From Candidatus Hecatella orcuttiae (GTDB lineage: Archaea; Thermoproteota; Bathyarchaeia; Hecatellales; Hecatellaceae): a DNA stretch of 64,000 nt. Where the stretch lies: positions 256,001 to 320,000 of the forward strand of contig MTLY02000001.1 of NCBI GenBank assembly GCA_002011035.2, written 5' to 3'. Of the stretch, positions 47,600-58,065 are shown piece by piece; the first letter of the stretch is position 1; the number at the start of each line of letters is the position of its first letter. A program made the position numbers and the translations under genes. The notes beneath the pieces were generated by a model, which saw only the letters and a list, made by a program, of their open reading frames with translations, searched no databases and had not been told where the DNA came from.

Positions 47600-47836
47600 T
47601 TGAACTTCGTGGAAACCGGGAAGAAACCCATAGTGTTCTTGGCTAAAAACTTGAACGCGAACATCAGGGTTAAACTCAAGAACGACCTAGAATACAGAGG
47701 TCGACTGGTTAAATGCGACAACTACATGAATCTCATCCTGGACAACGCCACAGAATATGCCAGCGATGAACCAGTGGTTCAATACGGTAGCATCTTCATC
47801 AGAGGTAACAACATCATCATGATATCCTTCCAGTGA
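47600..47836 (+). CDS. Sm-like archaeal protein (SmAP/Lsm)
   Basis: VKLKN..EYRGRLVKCDNYMNLIL (Sm1), IFIRGNNI (Sm2). Confidence 0.93.
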   Translation: MNFVETGKKPIVFLAKNLNANIRVKLKNDLEYRGRLVKCDNYMNLILDNATEYASDEPVVQYGSIFIRGNNIIMISFQ

Positions 47837-47882
47837 AGTAAGAAGCAACTTTATTCAGTAATTCTAAACGCGGGGAAATAGA

Positions 47883-49079
47883 ATGGCCAGAGTGCTTATA
47901 GAAAGCATCGGAAGAAAGCCTACTGTTGACTACGGCATAGAAATAGTAGAAAGAAAAGGTAAAGGGCACCCCGACTACATAGCCGACGCCGTAGCGGAAA
48001 ACCTCAGCCGAGAATTGTGCAAATGCTATTTGGAAAAATTCGGAGCCGTTCTCCACCATAACCTAGATAAAGGTTTGGTTGTAGGTGGAAAGTCAAATCC
48101 AAGATTTGGAGGAGGAGAAGTCCTCGAACCTATTCACATCATTGTCGCCGGGAGAGCCATTACAAAAAGTGGTGGAGAAGTCGTTCCGCTGGGAGAACTG
48201 GTTGAAAACTCCGTGAAGGCTCTCATAAAAAGAAACTTCAGGTTTCTTGACCCTGACAAACATGTGAAGGTGTACCATAAAATTCGAGAGGGTTCAATGG
48301 ATCTTGTTAAAATCTTTCAGGCTGGGAAGACGGTGCCCCTTTCCAACGATACATCTTTCGGTGTGAGTTTCGCTCCATTAACCCCCACGGAGAAACTTGT
48401 TTTGGAGGCTGAAAAATACCTGAACTCAGAAGGCTTCAAGAAGGAACTCCCTGAGGTGGGGGAGGATATTAAAGTCATGGGTTTGAGGAATAGAAACAAA
48501 GTGAAGTTGACGATATCCGCAGCCATGATAAGCCCTCTAATCCCCAACAAAGAGCATTATATAAGTGTGAAGGGGGAGGTCTGTAAGAAGGTTAAGGAAC
48601 TGGCCGCCACACTAACGGATATGGATGTAGACGTGAAGGTGAACGTGGGCGATAGGCCCAGAGTAGGCTGCTTCTATCTCACAGTTACAGGGACCTCAGC
48701 TGAGATGGGAGACGACGGAAACACGGGGAGGGGGAACAGGGTGAACGGGTTGATAACCCCTTGCAGACAGATGAGCCTTGAAGCCACCGCGGGAAAAAAC
48801 CCCGTCAGCCACGTGGGAAAAATCTACAACCTTCTCGCCCGAATTTTGGCCAATAAGATTTATGAGGAAGTTAAGGGCATCCGCGAAGTATACGTAAAAA
48901 TCCTAAGCCAAATAGGAAAACCCATCAACAAACCCCTGATGACCAATGTTCAGACGGTGATGGAGAAAGGGCGAACCTTACAAAGTATAAAAGATGATGT
49001 GAAATCCATCGTCGACGAGGAAGTAGCTGGTGTGACAAGACTGACGGAGGACATCCTCCGTGGAGTTGAACTTTTCTAG
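47883..49079 (+). CDS. mat: archaeal S-adenosylmethionine synthetase
   Basis: [56 protein letters not shown]. Confidence 0.95.
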   Translation: MARVLIESIGRKPTVDYGIEIVERKGKGHPDYIADAVAENLSRELCKCYLEKFGAVLHHNLDKGLVVGGKSNPRFGGGEVLEPIHIIVAGRAITKSGGEVVPLGELVENSVKALIKRNFRFLDPDKHVKVYHKIREGSMDLVKIFQAGKTVPLSNDTSFGVSFAPLTPTEKLVLEAEKYLNSEGFKKELPEVGEDIKVMGLRNRNKVKLTISAAMISPLIPNKEHYISVKGEVCKKVKELAATLTDMDVDVKVNVGDRPRVGCFYLTVTGTSAEMGDDGNTGRGNRVNGLITPCRQMSLEATAGKNPVSHVGKIYNLLARILANKIYEEVKGIREVYVKILSQIGKPINKPLMTNVQTVMEKGRTLQSIKDDVKSIVDEEVAGVTRLTEDILRGVELF

Positions 49080-49090
49080 GGCGGCTGCTT

Positions 49091-49969
49091 CTACTCTTTA
49101 CCGACTATTTTTAATGCTTCTTCCAGAGTCATCCTAATTTTAAATTTTCTCTGAAAAAACGTCCATATGTTTTGAATATCCCTTTTTAGGAGAAAATCCG
49201 CATTGGGGTGGGTTGCGGTGACATATTGAGGCCAATCGATTATTTTCAGAGAGCCGTCCGGGGAGATCATGACGTTGTATTCACTGAGATCGCAGTGAAT
49301 TATTCCAGCTTCCCTCCAAGCCTTGCCGATGTTTTCCAAGATCTCCATCATAGTCTGCTTCGGCCGAGGTAGCTTAGTAACGTGCACAAGCCTTCTTCCT
49401 TCTATTTTATCCATCAAGACAGCGTGGCGGTTCTGGGCTATGGGCCTCACCACTTGGATCCCATGTGCGTGAAGCTTCTCAAGGGCTTCGTACTCTCTTT
49501 CCGCAGCAGCTTTGGAGCGGAAAAGCCATAGGGCCTTCTGTTTTACATAGCCTCTCACACGCCTTGTTTGTCTGAAGCTTATCCTGCCAAGTCTGTGAAA
49601 TTTCAATGCAAGGAGGGCCCCTTGGGGGTTAAAGGCCTCATAGACATCGGCCTCCTTACCGAGGCCTAGGCTTCCGCCTAAAGCCTCTATTAATTCAGCT
49701 TTGACGAAGAAGTTTAAGGCGAGAAAATCATAGCCTAAGTAATTTAGAGAGTACCCCACGTAGGGGCGGGAGGTTCTTCTCAGCACACCCAGTTTCTCAA
49801 CCCGCTCTAACCTGTAGAGGGCTTCCTCTGGGGGGAGGTTTGAGTAGCTTAAAACAAGGTCCCGGGGAACAAACTCGTGACTAGTCATCCCCGTTTCCAC
49901 CCCTAGGAGAATGCGGAAGTCCCGGGGATCCAGTTGCCTGAACCTCTGCATCACAGACTTAAAGGACAT
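49091..49969 (-). CDS. rio2: RIO2-type Ser/Thr kinase
   Basis: wHTH N-terminus, GYDFLAL, GKEADVY, LKFHRLGRISF, HCDLSEYN, IIDWPQ. Confidence 0.92.
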   Translation of the reverse strand: MSFKSVMQRFRQLDPRDFRILLGVETGMTSHEFVPRDLVLSYSNLPPEEALYRLERVEKLGVLRRTSRPYVGYSLNYLGYDFLALNFFVKAELIEALGGSLGLGKEADVYEAFNPQGALLALKFHRLGRISFRQTRRVRGYVKQKALWLFRSKAAAEREYEALEKLHAHGIQVVRPIAQNRHAVLMDKIEGRRLVHVTKLPRPKQTMMEILENIGKAWREAGIIHCDLSEYNVMISPDGSLKIIDWPQYVTATHPNADFLLKRDIQNIWTFFQRKFKIRMTLEEALKIVGKE

Positions 49970-50020
49970 AGTTGTTGAAAAATGCGGAAAAGACGTTTTT
50001 AAATATATAAATGGGAGCGG

Positions 50021-51640
50021 TCACCCGCCGCCCTGTTTTCTCCGGAGGCATGCCTCTATAAAGCCGCGGTAAACCGGCTCCGGCTTCCCGGGTCTGCTTT
50101 CAAATTCCGGATGGAACTGCACTCCCATGTGAAACAGGTTTCTTGGATATTCGCATATTTCCACCCTTTTTCCGTCGGAGCTTTTCCCGGAGAGGAGAAG
50201 TCCGCCCTCCTCTAGGATGGGCCAATATTTGGGGTTTACCTCAAATCGATGCCTGTGCCGTTTCCGCACCAAGCTGCTCTTGTAGAGTTTATGGGCTAGG
50301 GTTTTAGGCTCTATTCGAACCTCTTGGGCGCCAAGCCTCATGGTTCCCCCTTTAAGCTGCACGTTTTTCTGCTCAGGAAGCAAGTCAAGAACTGGGTGGG
50401 GCGTCTGAGGATCGTTTTCGGTGCTGTTAGCTTTCTCCAAGCCGCATACGTTTCTGGCGAACTCCACCACTGCCATCTGAAAGCCGAAACAAATGCCTAG
50501 GAAAGGTATGTTCTGTTCCCTTGCATGTTTAATCGCAGCGATTTTACCTTCAGTCCCCCTCACTCCGAAGCCTGGAGGTGTCAGAATTCCATTGTACCCA
50601 TTCAGAATGCTGAGCTTGGAGAGGTCTTCCTCGAAGATTTCAGTTTCAATCCAATCCATCTTCACCGAGACTCGAAAAGAGCCTCCCGCGTGTTTTAAAG
50701 CCTCGTTGATGCTGATGTAGGAGTCAGCTAGTTTGGCGTATTTTCCACAGAGGGCAATTTTAAGCTCCACGGTGGGCTTGGAGAGGTCTTCGACGACCTT
50801 TAACCAACCGTTCCACGCCGGCTTTTGCTTGGGCAGACCTAGTCTTTCGCAGAGGTATTCGCCCATACCCTGTCGGTCGAAGGTGAGGGGCAGCTCGTAA
50901 ATGTTAGGTATCGTCGGGGAACAGAAAACACTTCGCTCTTCCACGTTTGCAAAGAGGGCTATTTTCCTCTGAGCCTCTGGCTCAACCATCGTGCTACACC
51001 GGGATATAACGATGTCCGGCTGTATTCCTATCCGCCGCAGCTCGTTTACGCTGTGTTGGAGAGGCTTGGTCTTCTGTTCCTTGGTAGTTTCAAGAACTGG
51101 GACCAGTGCCACATGGACAAAGAGAGTGTTGAGGTAGCCTTCTTCAAGGCGCAGCTGCCGGATGGCTTCTAAGAAAGGTAAGCCCTCGATGTCGCCGGTG
51201 GTACCTCCGATCTCTGTCAGCACGATTTCAGCCCGCGTCTTCTCAGCCACGCGACGTATTCGCCTCTTTATTTCATCGGTTATGTGAGGGACTATCTGGA
51301 CGCATTTTCCTAGATAGTCGCCTTGCCTTTCCTTTTGGATAACCTCCCCGTAAATCTGCCCTGTGGTGATGTAGTGGTCTTTGCTCATGTTTAAATCCAA
51401 AAACCGCTCATACCAGCCGAGGTCGAGGTCTGTTTCTCCTCCATCTTCGGTGACAAAAACTTCCCCATGCATGTAGGGGTTCATCGTCCCCGCGTCCACA
51501 TTGAGGTAAGGGTCTATCTTAATGGCGGTGACGTAGAATCCTCTAACTTGGAGCATCTTTGCTATGGAGGCCGCTGCAACCCCTTTCCCAACGCTGGATA
51601 AGACTCCTCCGGTTACGAAGATGTATTTCGTCAACACCAT
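50021..51640 (-). CDS. pyrG: CTP synthase
   Basis: [46 protein letters not shown]. Confidence 0.97.
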   Translation of the reverse strand: MVLTKYIFVTGGVLSSVGKGVAAASIAKMLQVRGFYVTAIKIDPYLNVDAGTMNPYMHGEVFVTEDGGETDLDLGWYERFLDLNMSKDHYITTGQIYGEVIQKERQGDYLGKCVQIVPHITDEIKRRIRRVAEKTRAEIVLTEIGGTTGDIEGLPFLEAIRQLRLEEGYLNTLFVHVALVPVLETTKEQKTKPLQHSVNELRRIGIQPDIVISRCSTMVEPEAQRKIALFANVEERSVFCSPTIPNIYELPLTFDRQGMGEYLCERLGLPKQKPAWNGWLKVVEDLSKPTVELKIALCGKYAKLADSYISINEALKHAGGSFRVSVKMDWIETEIFEEDLSKLSILNGYNGILTPPGFGVRGTEGKIAAIKHAREQNIPFLGICFGFQMAVVEFARNVCGLEKANSTENDPQTPHPVLDLLPEQKNVQLKGGTMRLGAQEVRIEPKTLAHKLYKSSLVRKRHRHRFEVNPKYWPILEEGGLLLSGKSSDGKRVEICEYPRNLFHMGVQFHPEFESRPGKPEPVYRGFIEACLRRKQGGG

Positions 51641-51777
51641 TCTCTCCTACGCCGGACTCCGTCATAAACTCTTTTCACCTAGCTTAAAAAATAACTTATT
51701 AATTAACTCCCCGCCCTTCAAATCCAAGGCTAAATAGCGCCTAGAAAACGCTCGACGGCCACAATAGCAGAAAGCCG

Positions 51778-52587
51778 CTAGAATTTGGTCATGCTGAGGG
51801 CTGAACTGCAAGGGCAATGTCTATCCTTGGAAATTTTAGGTACGACCTCGTAGATAAGCTTCTTCACATTTTCAATGTTTTGGGTTAGAACCTTTAAGAT
51901 CTCCAAGTGGCTGACAGGTTCAGGCTGCCAGACATCGTAGTCCGTTACCAAGGAAATGTTAACGTAGCAGATCTCCAACTCTCGGGCCAGTGTGACCTCG
52001 GGATACTGAGTCATGTTGATGACCTCCCAGCCGAAGCTCTTGTACCACCGGCTTTCAGCCCTAGTGCTGAACCTAGGCCCCTGCACCACCACCACGGTGC
52101 CGCGGTCGTGAACCCGCAGTTTTAAGCTTCTCCCAGCTTCAATGACCCATTTCCGTAGCTCAGGGCAGTATGGGTCGGCTGCTGACACATGAGCTGTCAC
52201 CGGGCCGTCATAGAAGGTGTCTACTCTCCCCGATGTCCTGTCTACAAACTGGTCACATATTACAATGTCGCCCAATTGAACGTGAGGTTGAAGGCTGCCT
52301 ACTACACAGGGGGCCAGAATTCTCTTCACCCCCAGCTTCCCCATAGCCCAGAGGTTAGCTCGGTAGGGTATGGTGTGCGGGGGATGCTGGTGGTGTCTCC
52401 CATGCCGGGGGAGGAAAGCCACTTTTCTGCCTGCGATTTCCCCTAGGGCCAAGAGGTCGGAGGGGGGTCCGTAGGGGGTGTCTATTTTTATCTCTCTGGG
52501 TTTCTCCAGCAGCGAGTACAGCCCTGTGCCTCCCAGTATGCCTATTTCAGCTTCCTCTCCCAGAGGCTTGTTTTCTCGATCCTTCAA
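51778..52587 (-). CDS. mtnP: 5'-methylthioadenosine phosphorylase
   Basis: GILGGTG, TPYG.PS, LPRHG, GPRFSTRAES, INMT, VTDYD. Confidence 0.92.
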   Translation of the reverse strand: MKDRENKPLGEEAEIGILGGTGLYSLLEKPREIKIDTPYGPPSDLLALGEIAGRKVAFLPRHGRHHQHPPHTIPYRANLWAMGKLGVKRILAPCVVGSLQPHVQLGDIVICDQFVDRTSGRVDTFYDGPVTAHVSAADPYCPELRKWVIEAGRSLKLRVHDRGTVVVVQGPRFSTRAESRWYKSFGWEVINMTQYPEVTLARELEICYVNISLVTDYDVWQPEPVSHLEILKVLTQNIENVKKLIYEVVPKISKDRHCPCSSALSMTKF

Positions 52588-53312
52588 GCTATTGCGGCCC
52601 TCCTTTTCCCTGATTTATCTATCAGCTTGGCTTCTTTAACTTTGAGGTATCCCCAGTATCCCCGCCAAACCTTCTCAACGCCGCAGAACTCCACCTTTCT
52701 CGCGAAAAAAGGAGTATCCTTCACGAAAGTTTCCCCTTCTCCCCCTTCCAAAGAGGGGTGGACTCCGAATTTTTTGTTAAGGATCTTAAGGTCTCGAACA
52801 GCCTCCTCATCCAGTCTCCGGTTAAGCCAGCTTTCATCAAAACCTTCAGCTGCCACAGCGGTGAAGACAATTTCGAAACCTAAACTCAGAACTTCCTCTA
52901 GAAGTTTTAAAGGATCCCTGCCCCACAGCGGATTCAGGCTTATTAAGCCGGTTTCTTTGCAGATTTTTTCGATGCGGGATTTCTGGTACTGGCTTTCAAC
53001 AGCACCTGAAGCAACGGCCTCGATCCGATATTTCTTTTTCAAGAACTCCAACGCTCTTCTCAGGTCTTGAAGTTCTTCTTCTTTTCTCCCAGAAGTCGCC
53101 TGGATATGGAGAGGGAGTCCCATGGCTTGGGATTGAAGGGGAGTCAGGTCGATGCAAGGATGATGGAACATCCAAGATTCGGGGTTTGCTGGTTTAACCG
53201 TCAGTAGAGCTGAAACTCTATGTCCGAGGCTGACTGTTTTCAGCACAGCTAAAGTGGAGTCTTTCCCTCCGGAGAAGAGTACCGCCACTTTTAAGGGCTT
53301 CACGGCTACCAT
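52584..53312 (-). CDS. dph6: diphthine-ammonia ligase (Dph6 family ATP pyrophosphatase)
   Basis: LFSGGKDS, SWMFH, GAVESQYQ, PLW, GEGGE-like EGGEGETFV. Confidence 0.88.
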   Translation of the reverse strand: MVAVKPLKVAVLFSGGKDSTLAVLKTVSLGHRVSALLTVKPANPESWMFHHPCIDLTPLQSQAMGLPLHIQATSGRKEEELQDLRRALEFLKKKYRIEAVASGAVESQYQKSRIEKICKETGLISLNPLWGRDPLKLLEEVLSLGFEIVFTAVAAEGFDESWLNRRLDEEAVRDLKILNKKFGVHPSLEGGEGETFVKDTPFFARKVEFCGVEKVWRGYWGYLKVKEAKLIDKSGKRRAAIA

Positions 53313-53473
53313 TCGCCTGAGTTGATTAATTTTAAGGCTACCTAGTTTGACCGACCTTCCTGCCATAGATTAAAGGGGATGGTGTATTTTTCGTTTTCAG
53401 CTGAAGAAAACCTTTTTCTTCTAGGGACGCCTACTAGCTCTGAAATCCGCAAACACTCTCTCGGTGTCGAAGA

Positions 53474-54487
53474 ATGCCCTGCACGGTTACCGTCGGAGGC
53501 TTTTGGGGAGACGAAGGCAAAGGCAAAATCCTGTCCTACTTGGCGGTGAAAGACCAAGTCAAATGGGGGGTCAGAGGCGGCGTAGGCCCTAACGCTGGGC
53601 ACACCGTCATTTACAAGGGCAGAACATTGAAGCTTCGGATGCTTCCCAGCGCCGTCGTCAACCCGAACACGCAGCTTGGAATAGGAGCAGGGGTGCTGGT
53701 GAACCCCCGTTTGCTACTGAGCGAAGTGGAAATGACAGGCTGTCACGGACGCCTCCTCCTCGACCGCCAGTGTGCTATCATCGAAGATCGACATGTGGAA
53801 GCTGACAAGGCTTCAGCGCATCTATCCGGGAAGATCGGAACCACGGGAACGGGAACAGGACCTTGTAACGTGGAAAGGGTTCAGAGGACGGTTAAAATCG
53901 CCGAGGAACACTCTGAACTTAAGGCTTACTTGGGTGACGTGGCTGGGGAAGTAAACGAAGCGCTGGATAGGGGAGAAAAAGTCTTGGTGGAAGGAACTCA
54001 GGGGACTTTTCTCTCTCTCTACCATGGAACCTATCCGTATGTCACGTCCAAAGACGTTACAGCCTCCTCCATCTGCGCCGACGTAGGCATCGGACCTACC
54101 CGAGTAGATGAGGTTTTAGTGGTGTTCAAAGCCTACGTCACCCGAGTTGGAGGAGGGTTCTTACCCGGCGAGCTTCCTCCTTCGGAGGCAGAGAAAAGAG
54201 GCTGGAGCGAAACAGCCACGGTAACCGGTCGAACAAGGAGAGTAGCGCCTTTCAACGTTGAACTGGCTAAAAGGTCGGTGAAGCTGAATGGAGCAACTCA
54301 GATCGCCTTGACCAAAATGGACGCCCTTTACCCTGAATGCCGGGGGGCTAAAAAACTGGACCAAGTGCCTCTGGAGGGAAGGAGATTTCTCCAGAAAATC
54401 GAAGACCTACTAGGCGTGCCTGTTACCCTTGTGGGGACAGGCCCTGACCTCGAAGATGTTATCGACCTCAGAAAAGGCCGAATTTAA
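53474..54487 (+). CDS. purA: adenylosuccinate synthetase (short archaeal form)
   Basis: WGDEGKGK, GPNAGHT, IGTTGTG, EGTQG, YVTRVG, TVTGRTRR. Confidence 0.96.
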   Translation: MPCTVTVGGFWGDEGKGKILSYLAVKDQVKWGVRGGVGPNAGHTVIYKGRTLKLRMLPSAVVNPNTQLGIGAGVLVNPRLLLSEVEMTGCHGRLLLDRQCAIIEDRHVEADKASAHLSGKIGTTGTGTGPCNVERVQRTVKIAEEHSELKAYLGDVAGEVNEALDRGEKVLVEGTQGTFLSLYHGTYPYVTSKDVTASSICADVGIGPTRVDEVLVVFKAYVTRVGGGFLPGELPPSEAEKRGWSETATVTGRTRRVAPFNVELAKRSVKLNGATQIALTKMDALYPECRGAKKLDQVPLEGRRFLQKIEDLLGVPVTLVGTGPDLEDVIDLRKGRI

Positions 54488-54870
54488 ACAGGAGGGCTTC
54501 TTCCTTCTTCTCTTTTAACCTGCTCTTGCGAAGCAAGAAGGTAGCGCTTAGCAGCCCACAGTTTTTCAGAAACCTGTCCTCGACCTTCAGAGGCATCGCA
54601 GAGTTCCAAAGCTTCTTGGAGGAGGGTCTGCGCTCTAACCACGCACTCCGCAGGGTTCTGTTTTTCATCTTCGCAGTTCAGGTTCTCTGGTTTTAGGTAA
54701 ATTGGTTCTCCGTCGATTTCCAGTAGGAAGAGGGCATATTCGACTTCCGATGACGCCTCCCAGATTTTCAGCTCCGCCTTCGAGGGTGTTCTTTGGATAT
54801 AGTCCTCCAAGGATGACTCCAGTTCCTTCAAGGCTTTTTCGATGGATGTTTTGACTTCTGGGGAAGCCAT
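54484..54870 (-). CDS. hypothetical alpha-helical protein
   Basis: 128-aa ORF filling the gap downstream of the VTT gene; protein-like composition; no motif recognised. Confidence 0.6.
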   Translation of the reverse strand: MASPEVKTSIEKALKELESSLEDYIQRTPSKAELKIWEASSEVEYALFLLEIDGEPIYLKPENLNCEDEKQNPAECVVRAQTLLQEALELCDASEGRGQVSEKLWAAKRYLLASQEQVKREEGRSPPV

Positions 54871-54940
54871 GGAAAAGTCGCCGTTTTCCTTTGCCGGCTA
54901 CTCCCATAATGTAATAGGGTCTTTCAGTTAAATTTTTGCC

Positions 54941-55591
54941 TCAGCGGGAAAAATTGGTGTTGAGGGTTGTCCGGATGAGAGTTTCGTATTTTTCCAGAAC
55001 TTTTTCCCAGTCGATTTTCCATATTACGAAAACAGTTACTAGGAGAGCGGCGAAAGTTATGACCGTGAAAACAAGTGTGGTAACTGGGCCGCCTCCTCCC
55101 ACCAGAGAGCTTGCGATTCCGCCTAAATATTTACCTCCAAACACCAGCATGTAGAACATGGCCAGTTTACCTATGATGCAGGGAATGAAGGCTCTGAGGA
55201 AATTGAAGTGAAGAAGACCGAGGGGAACAAAGAGAATATCGTCGGGCAGAGGGGTGAGAGCAAAGAGAAATATCAGAAGAGGCCAGATGTTTTTATGCCT
55301 CATCAGTATTTTCAACATGGCGTCGAACTTTCTCTTCCGCTTTTCACTGACCACATGTTTCGCTGCGTAGCCTAGGATATAGCCGGAGAGCTCCCCCACA
55401 GCGGAACCCAGTCCCGCCACCGCGGCGAGCATGTAGGGGTTGATGGGCATATTGAGGCCTAGCCACAAGATCACCACCGTATAGGGGATGGGGATGATCA
55501 CCGAGGAGGCGCCTATGAAGCTTATCAGAAACACTCCTACGAAGCCCAGCTGCCTAGCGAGATCCCATAGAAGCTGTTCAACGCCGACCAA
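54941..55591 (-). CDS. VTT/DedA (YqaA-like) membrane protein
   Basis: IIPIPYT, GSAVGELSGY, FALTPLPDD, GKL. Confidence 0.85.
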   Translation of the reverse strand: MVGVEQLLWDLARQLGFVGVFLISFIGASSVIIPIPYTVVILWLGLNMPINPYMLAAVAGLGSAVGELSGYILGYAAKHVVSEKRKRKFDAMLKILMRHKNIWPLLIFLFALTPLPDDILFVPLGLLHFNFLRAFIPCIIGKLAMFYMLVFGGKYLGGIASSLVGGGGPVTTLVFTVITFAALLVTVFVIWKIDWEKVLEKYETLIRTTLNTNFSR

Positions 55592-55728
55592 TCAGTTCAC
55601 TTCTATGCTAGTATGAGATTTAACAATATAAATCTAAATCCGCATCACCTCACCCCTTATGCCGGAAAAGATGGTCATCTGTTAGAAAAACACATTTCGA
55701 CCTTTAAACCACAACCATCGACAGCCTT

Positions 55729-56703
55729 TTAGTAAAAGAATTTTGCCAGTTGGAATAGGTAAACGACGTAGAGGCTTAATAGAAGGAGGCCTTTCCACCT
55801 TGTCAGCTCATATCGGTGCCGCATTAACAGCAACATCACCGCAACCACCAGAAGCATCCACGGATAGGCGAACTCGATGGTTTTAGGGTCCACTTTTATC
55901 GGGTTTACCAAGGCTGAGACGCCTATTATCCACAAGATGTTCAAAACATCAGCGCCGAGGATGTTTCCTACGGCTATTTCGCCTTTGCCTTTACGGGCTG
56001 AAACCACGGCGGTGCTTATCTCCGGCAGGGAGGTCCCTAGGGCGATGACCGTTAACCCTATAACCACTTCAGGTATCCCGAAATATTCAGCTATGGAAAG
56101 CCCTGACCACACCACCAGCCTAGCTGAAACTATAACGCCGCCGGCGCCTGTGAGAAACAGGAGTAAAACCCTTCGAAAGGTGACCTTTCGAGCCTCAACG
56201 TAGCCTTCCGTGTTTAGGTGGCTTTTCCTCTGCTGAGCCCCGGTTTTTATGAGGTAAAGATAATATCCAACCAGCAGAGACGCCAACACCAAACCTTCAA
56301 CTCTCGTAACCGAGGCGTCTAGGGCCAAGAGGTAGGATAAAAGAGCTGAGAATATCAGGAAGACTCCGAATCTCTTCAACACTTGCTTGTCGATGGAAAT
56401 GCCGGCTATAATTGCAGCTAAAGCCAATGCGAAGGCGTCGTCGGCAACCACCGATCCTACAGCGTTGCCCAAGGCTACCTCAGGATGCCCTAAGTAGGCT
56501 GCCTGCACGGAGACAGCGAACTCCGGGGAAGTTGTGAGAAATCCCATGAGCACTATGCCAATGAAGATTCGGGGAAGTCCGAGTTTGTCCGCTAACCCCG
56601 CAGCCCCATCGACAAAAAAGTCTGCACTTTTAAGCAAAAAAATAAAAGCTGAGATAAAGACGGTAAAGGAAATGAGGGGTGCTTCCGTCAAATCCGCCGA
56701 CAA
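55729..56703 (-). CDS. Ca2+/Na+ antiporter (CaCA, YrbG-like)
   Basis: Alpha repeats TTSPE...GNAVGS and GTSLPE...GNILGA. Confidence 0.9.
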   Translation of the reverse strand: MSADLTEAPLISFTVFISAFIFLLKSADFFVDGAAGLADKLGLPRIFIGIVLMGFLTTSPEFAVSVQAAYLGHPEVALGNAVGSVVADDAFALALAAIIAGISIDKQVLKRFGVFLIFSALLSYLLALDASVTRVEGLVLASLLVGYYLYLIKTGAQQRKSHLNTEGYVEARKVTFRRVLLLFLTGAGGVIVSARLVVWSGLSIAEYFGIPEVVIGLTVIALGTSLPEISTAVVSARKGKGEIAVGNILGADVLNILWIIGVSALVNPIKVDPKTIEFAYPWMLLVVAVMLLLMRHRYELTRWKGLLLLSLYVVYLFQLAKFFY

Positions 56704-56712
56704 CCCAGCTGG

Positions 56713-57960
56713 TTATACGCCGAACTTTTTCAGTCTTCCAACCAGATTCATGAGAATGGGCATAAGGTCTTTACCTCGAATCCTGCCTAGCCCTCCCTTG
56801 GCGCAGGCCTTCTCTGAGAACTGGTTGACATCGTCTGCCAGCACCCCCCAGCCGGCTATGGTTAGGGGAACAGGGTCTCCGGAGTGGTTCCGCATGGATA
56901 GAGGCGTTGTATGGTCAGATGTCAAAGCTATCACAGTCTCTTCCAAGTTTAGGTTGTTTAACAGAAATTTCACCATGGAATCTAGCTTTTTAACCATGGC
57001 CATTTTCCCCTCTAGGTTTCCGTCGTGGCTGGCGTTGTCTGCTCCCTTCACGTGGAGAAAGAAAAAGTCGAAGTTCTGAAAGTTCTCCACCAGCTTCTTA
57101 GCCTTAGCTATTACGTCTGTTTCCAGTGTTCCCGTCGCACCTTCGACGTTGAGAAGCTCCATTCCAGCCGCTGCGCTTACCCCTCTGACTAGGGCGGTGA
57201 CGGCTATGCATGCGGCTTTCACGTTGAAAAGCCGTGTCATGGGAGTTATGGGCGGTAGAATGCCTGCTCCCCTGAAAAGGACGCAGTTGGCAGGTTTTGC
57301 ACCCTTCTCCGCGAGTTCCCTATTCAGCGGATGCTCTCTCAGTATTTGATGAATTTTTTTCGTCAGACGGTTGAGGATGCCGGCTGTTTTCAGTGCTTCA
57401 GGACTCTGGTCTGTTGCTTTCACCTCCAAAACCTTGGAAGAGGTACGCCCCGGGTCAGAGTCGGTTACATTGCGGGAAAGTCCTTCCCCCCTCAGGATTA
57501 GGGCTCCTCGGTGTTCGGTGGTGTGAAGGAAGGAAACCTTCACGTCCGGATATTCAGGTAGGGAAAGATTTTGAAGTTGGGGGGCCAGTTGAGCGGCTAG
57601 TTCGGTTCTTATTCTTCCCGCCCTCCGGTCTAAGACCGTCATGTCCTCGTCGACGGTGGCGAAGTTAACCCTGAAGGCCACATCACCCGGCTTCACCGGG
57701 AAACCTCCACCTAAAGCCTCCAGCGCCCCTCTGCCCCGGTAGACTTGGAAGGGGTCGTAGCCGAAGAGAGCCAAATGAGCGGTGTCACTGCCAGGAGGTA
57801 TCCCAGGGGATATTACATCCATGATCCCGTTGACCCCTAACTTGGCGAGTTCGTCCATGGAGGATTTATCCACAGCCTCCAGCGGGGTTCTTCCCTCCAG
57901 CTCCTTCACAGGCCTGTCGGCTAGGCCGTCGCAGACGATCAGCACTGCTTTGGGTTTCAT
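56713..57960 (-). CDS. apgM: 2,3-BPG-independent phosphoglycerate mutase
   Basis: DGLADRP, GRTPLE, PGSDTAH, GRGALEA, DNASHDG, TSDHTTP. Confidence 0.94.
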   Translation of the reverse strand: MKPKAVLIVCDGLADRPVKELEGRTPLEAVDKSSMDELAKLGVNGIMDVISPGIPPGSDTAHLALFGYDPFQVYRGRGALEALGGGFPVKPGDVAFRVNFATVDEDMTVLDRRAGRIRTELAAQLAPQLQNLSLPEYPDVKVSFLHTTEHRGALILRGEGLSRNVTDSDPGRTSSKVLEVKATDQSPEALKTAGILNRLTKKIHQILREHPLNRELAEKGAKPANCVLFRGAGILPPITPMTRLFNVKAACIAVTALVRGVSAAAGMELLNVEGATGTLETDVIAKAKKLVENFQNFDFFFLHVKGADNASHDGNLEGKMAMVKKLDSMVKFLLNNLNLEETVIALTSDHTTPLSMRNHSGDPVPLTIAGWGVLADDVNQFSEKACAKGGLGRIRGKDLMPILMNLVGRLKKFGV

Positions 57961-58065
57961 GCTAACCCAGCCTCCCCTTCTTTCAGCTTCATCTCTAAAA
58001 CCTCTTAAATACTGTGTTTCTCTCTAATTAAAATTGGTTTTGAAGAGGGCTCGGTGTAGGGGTTT

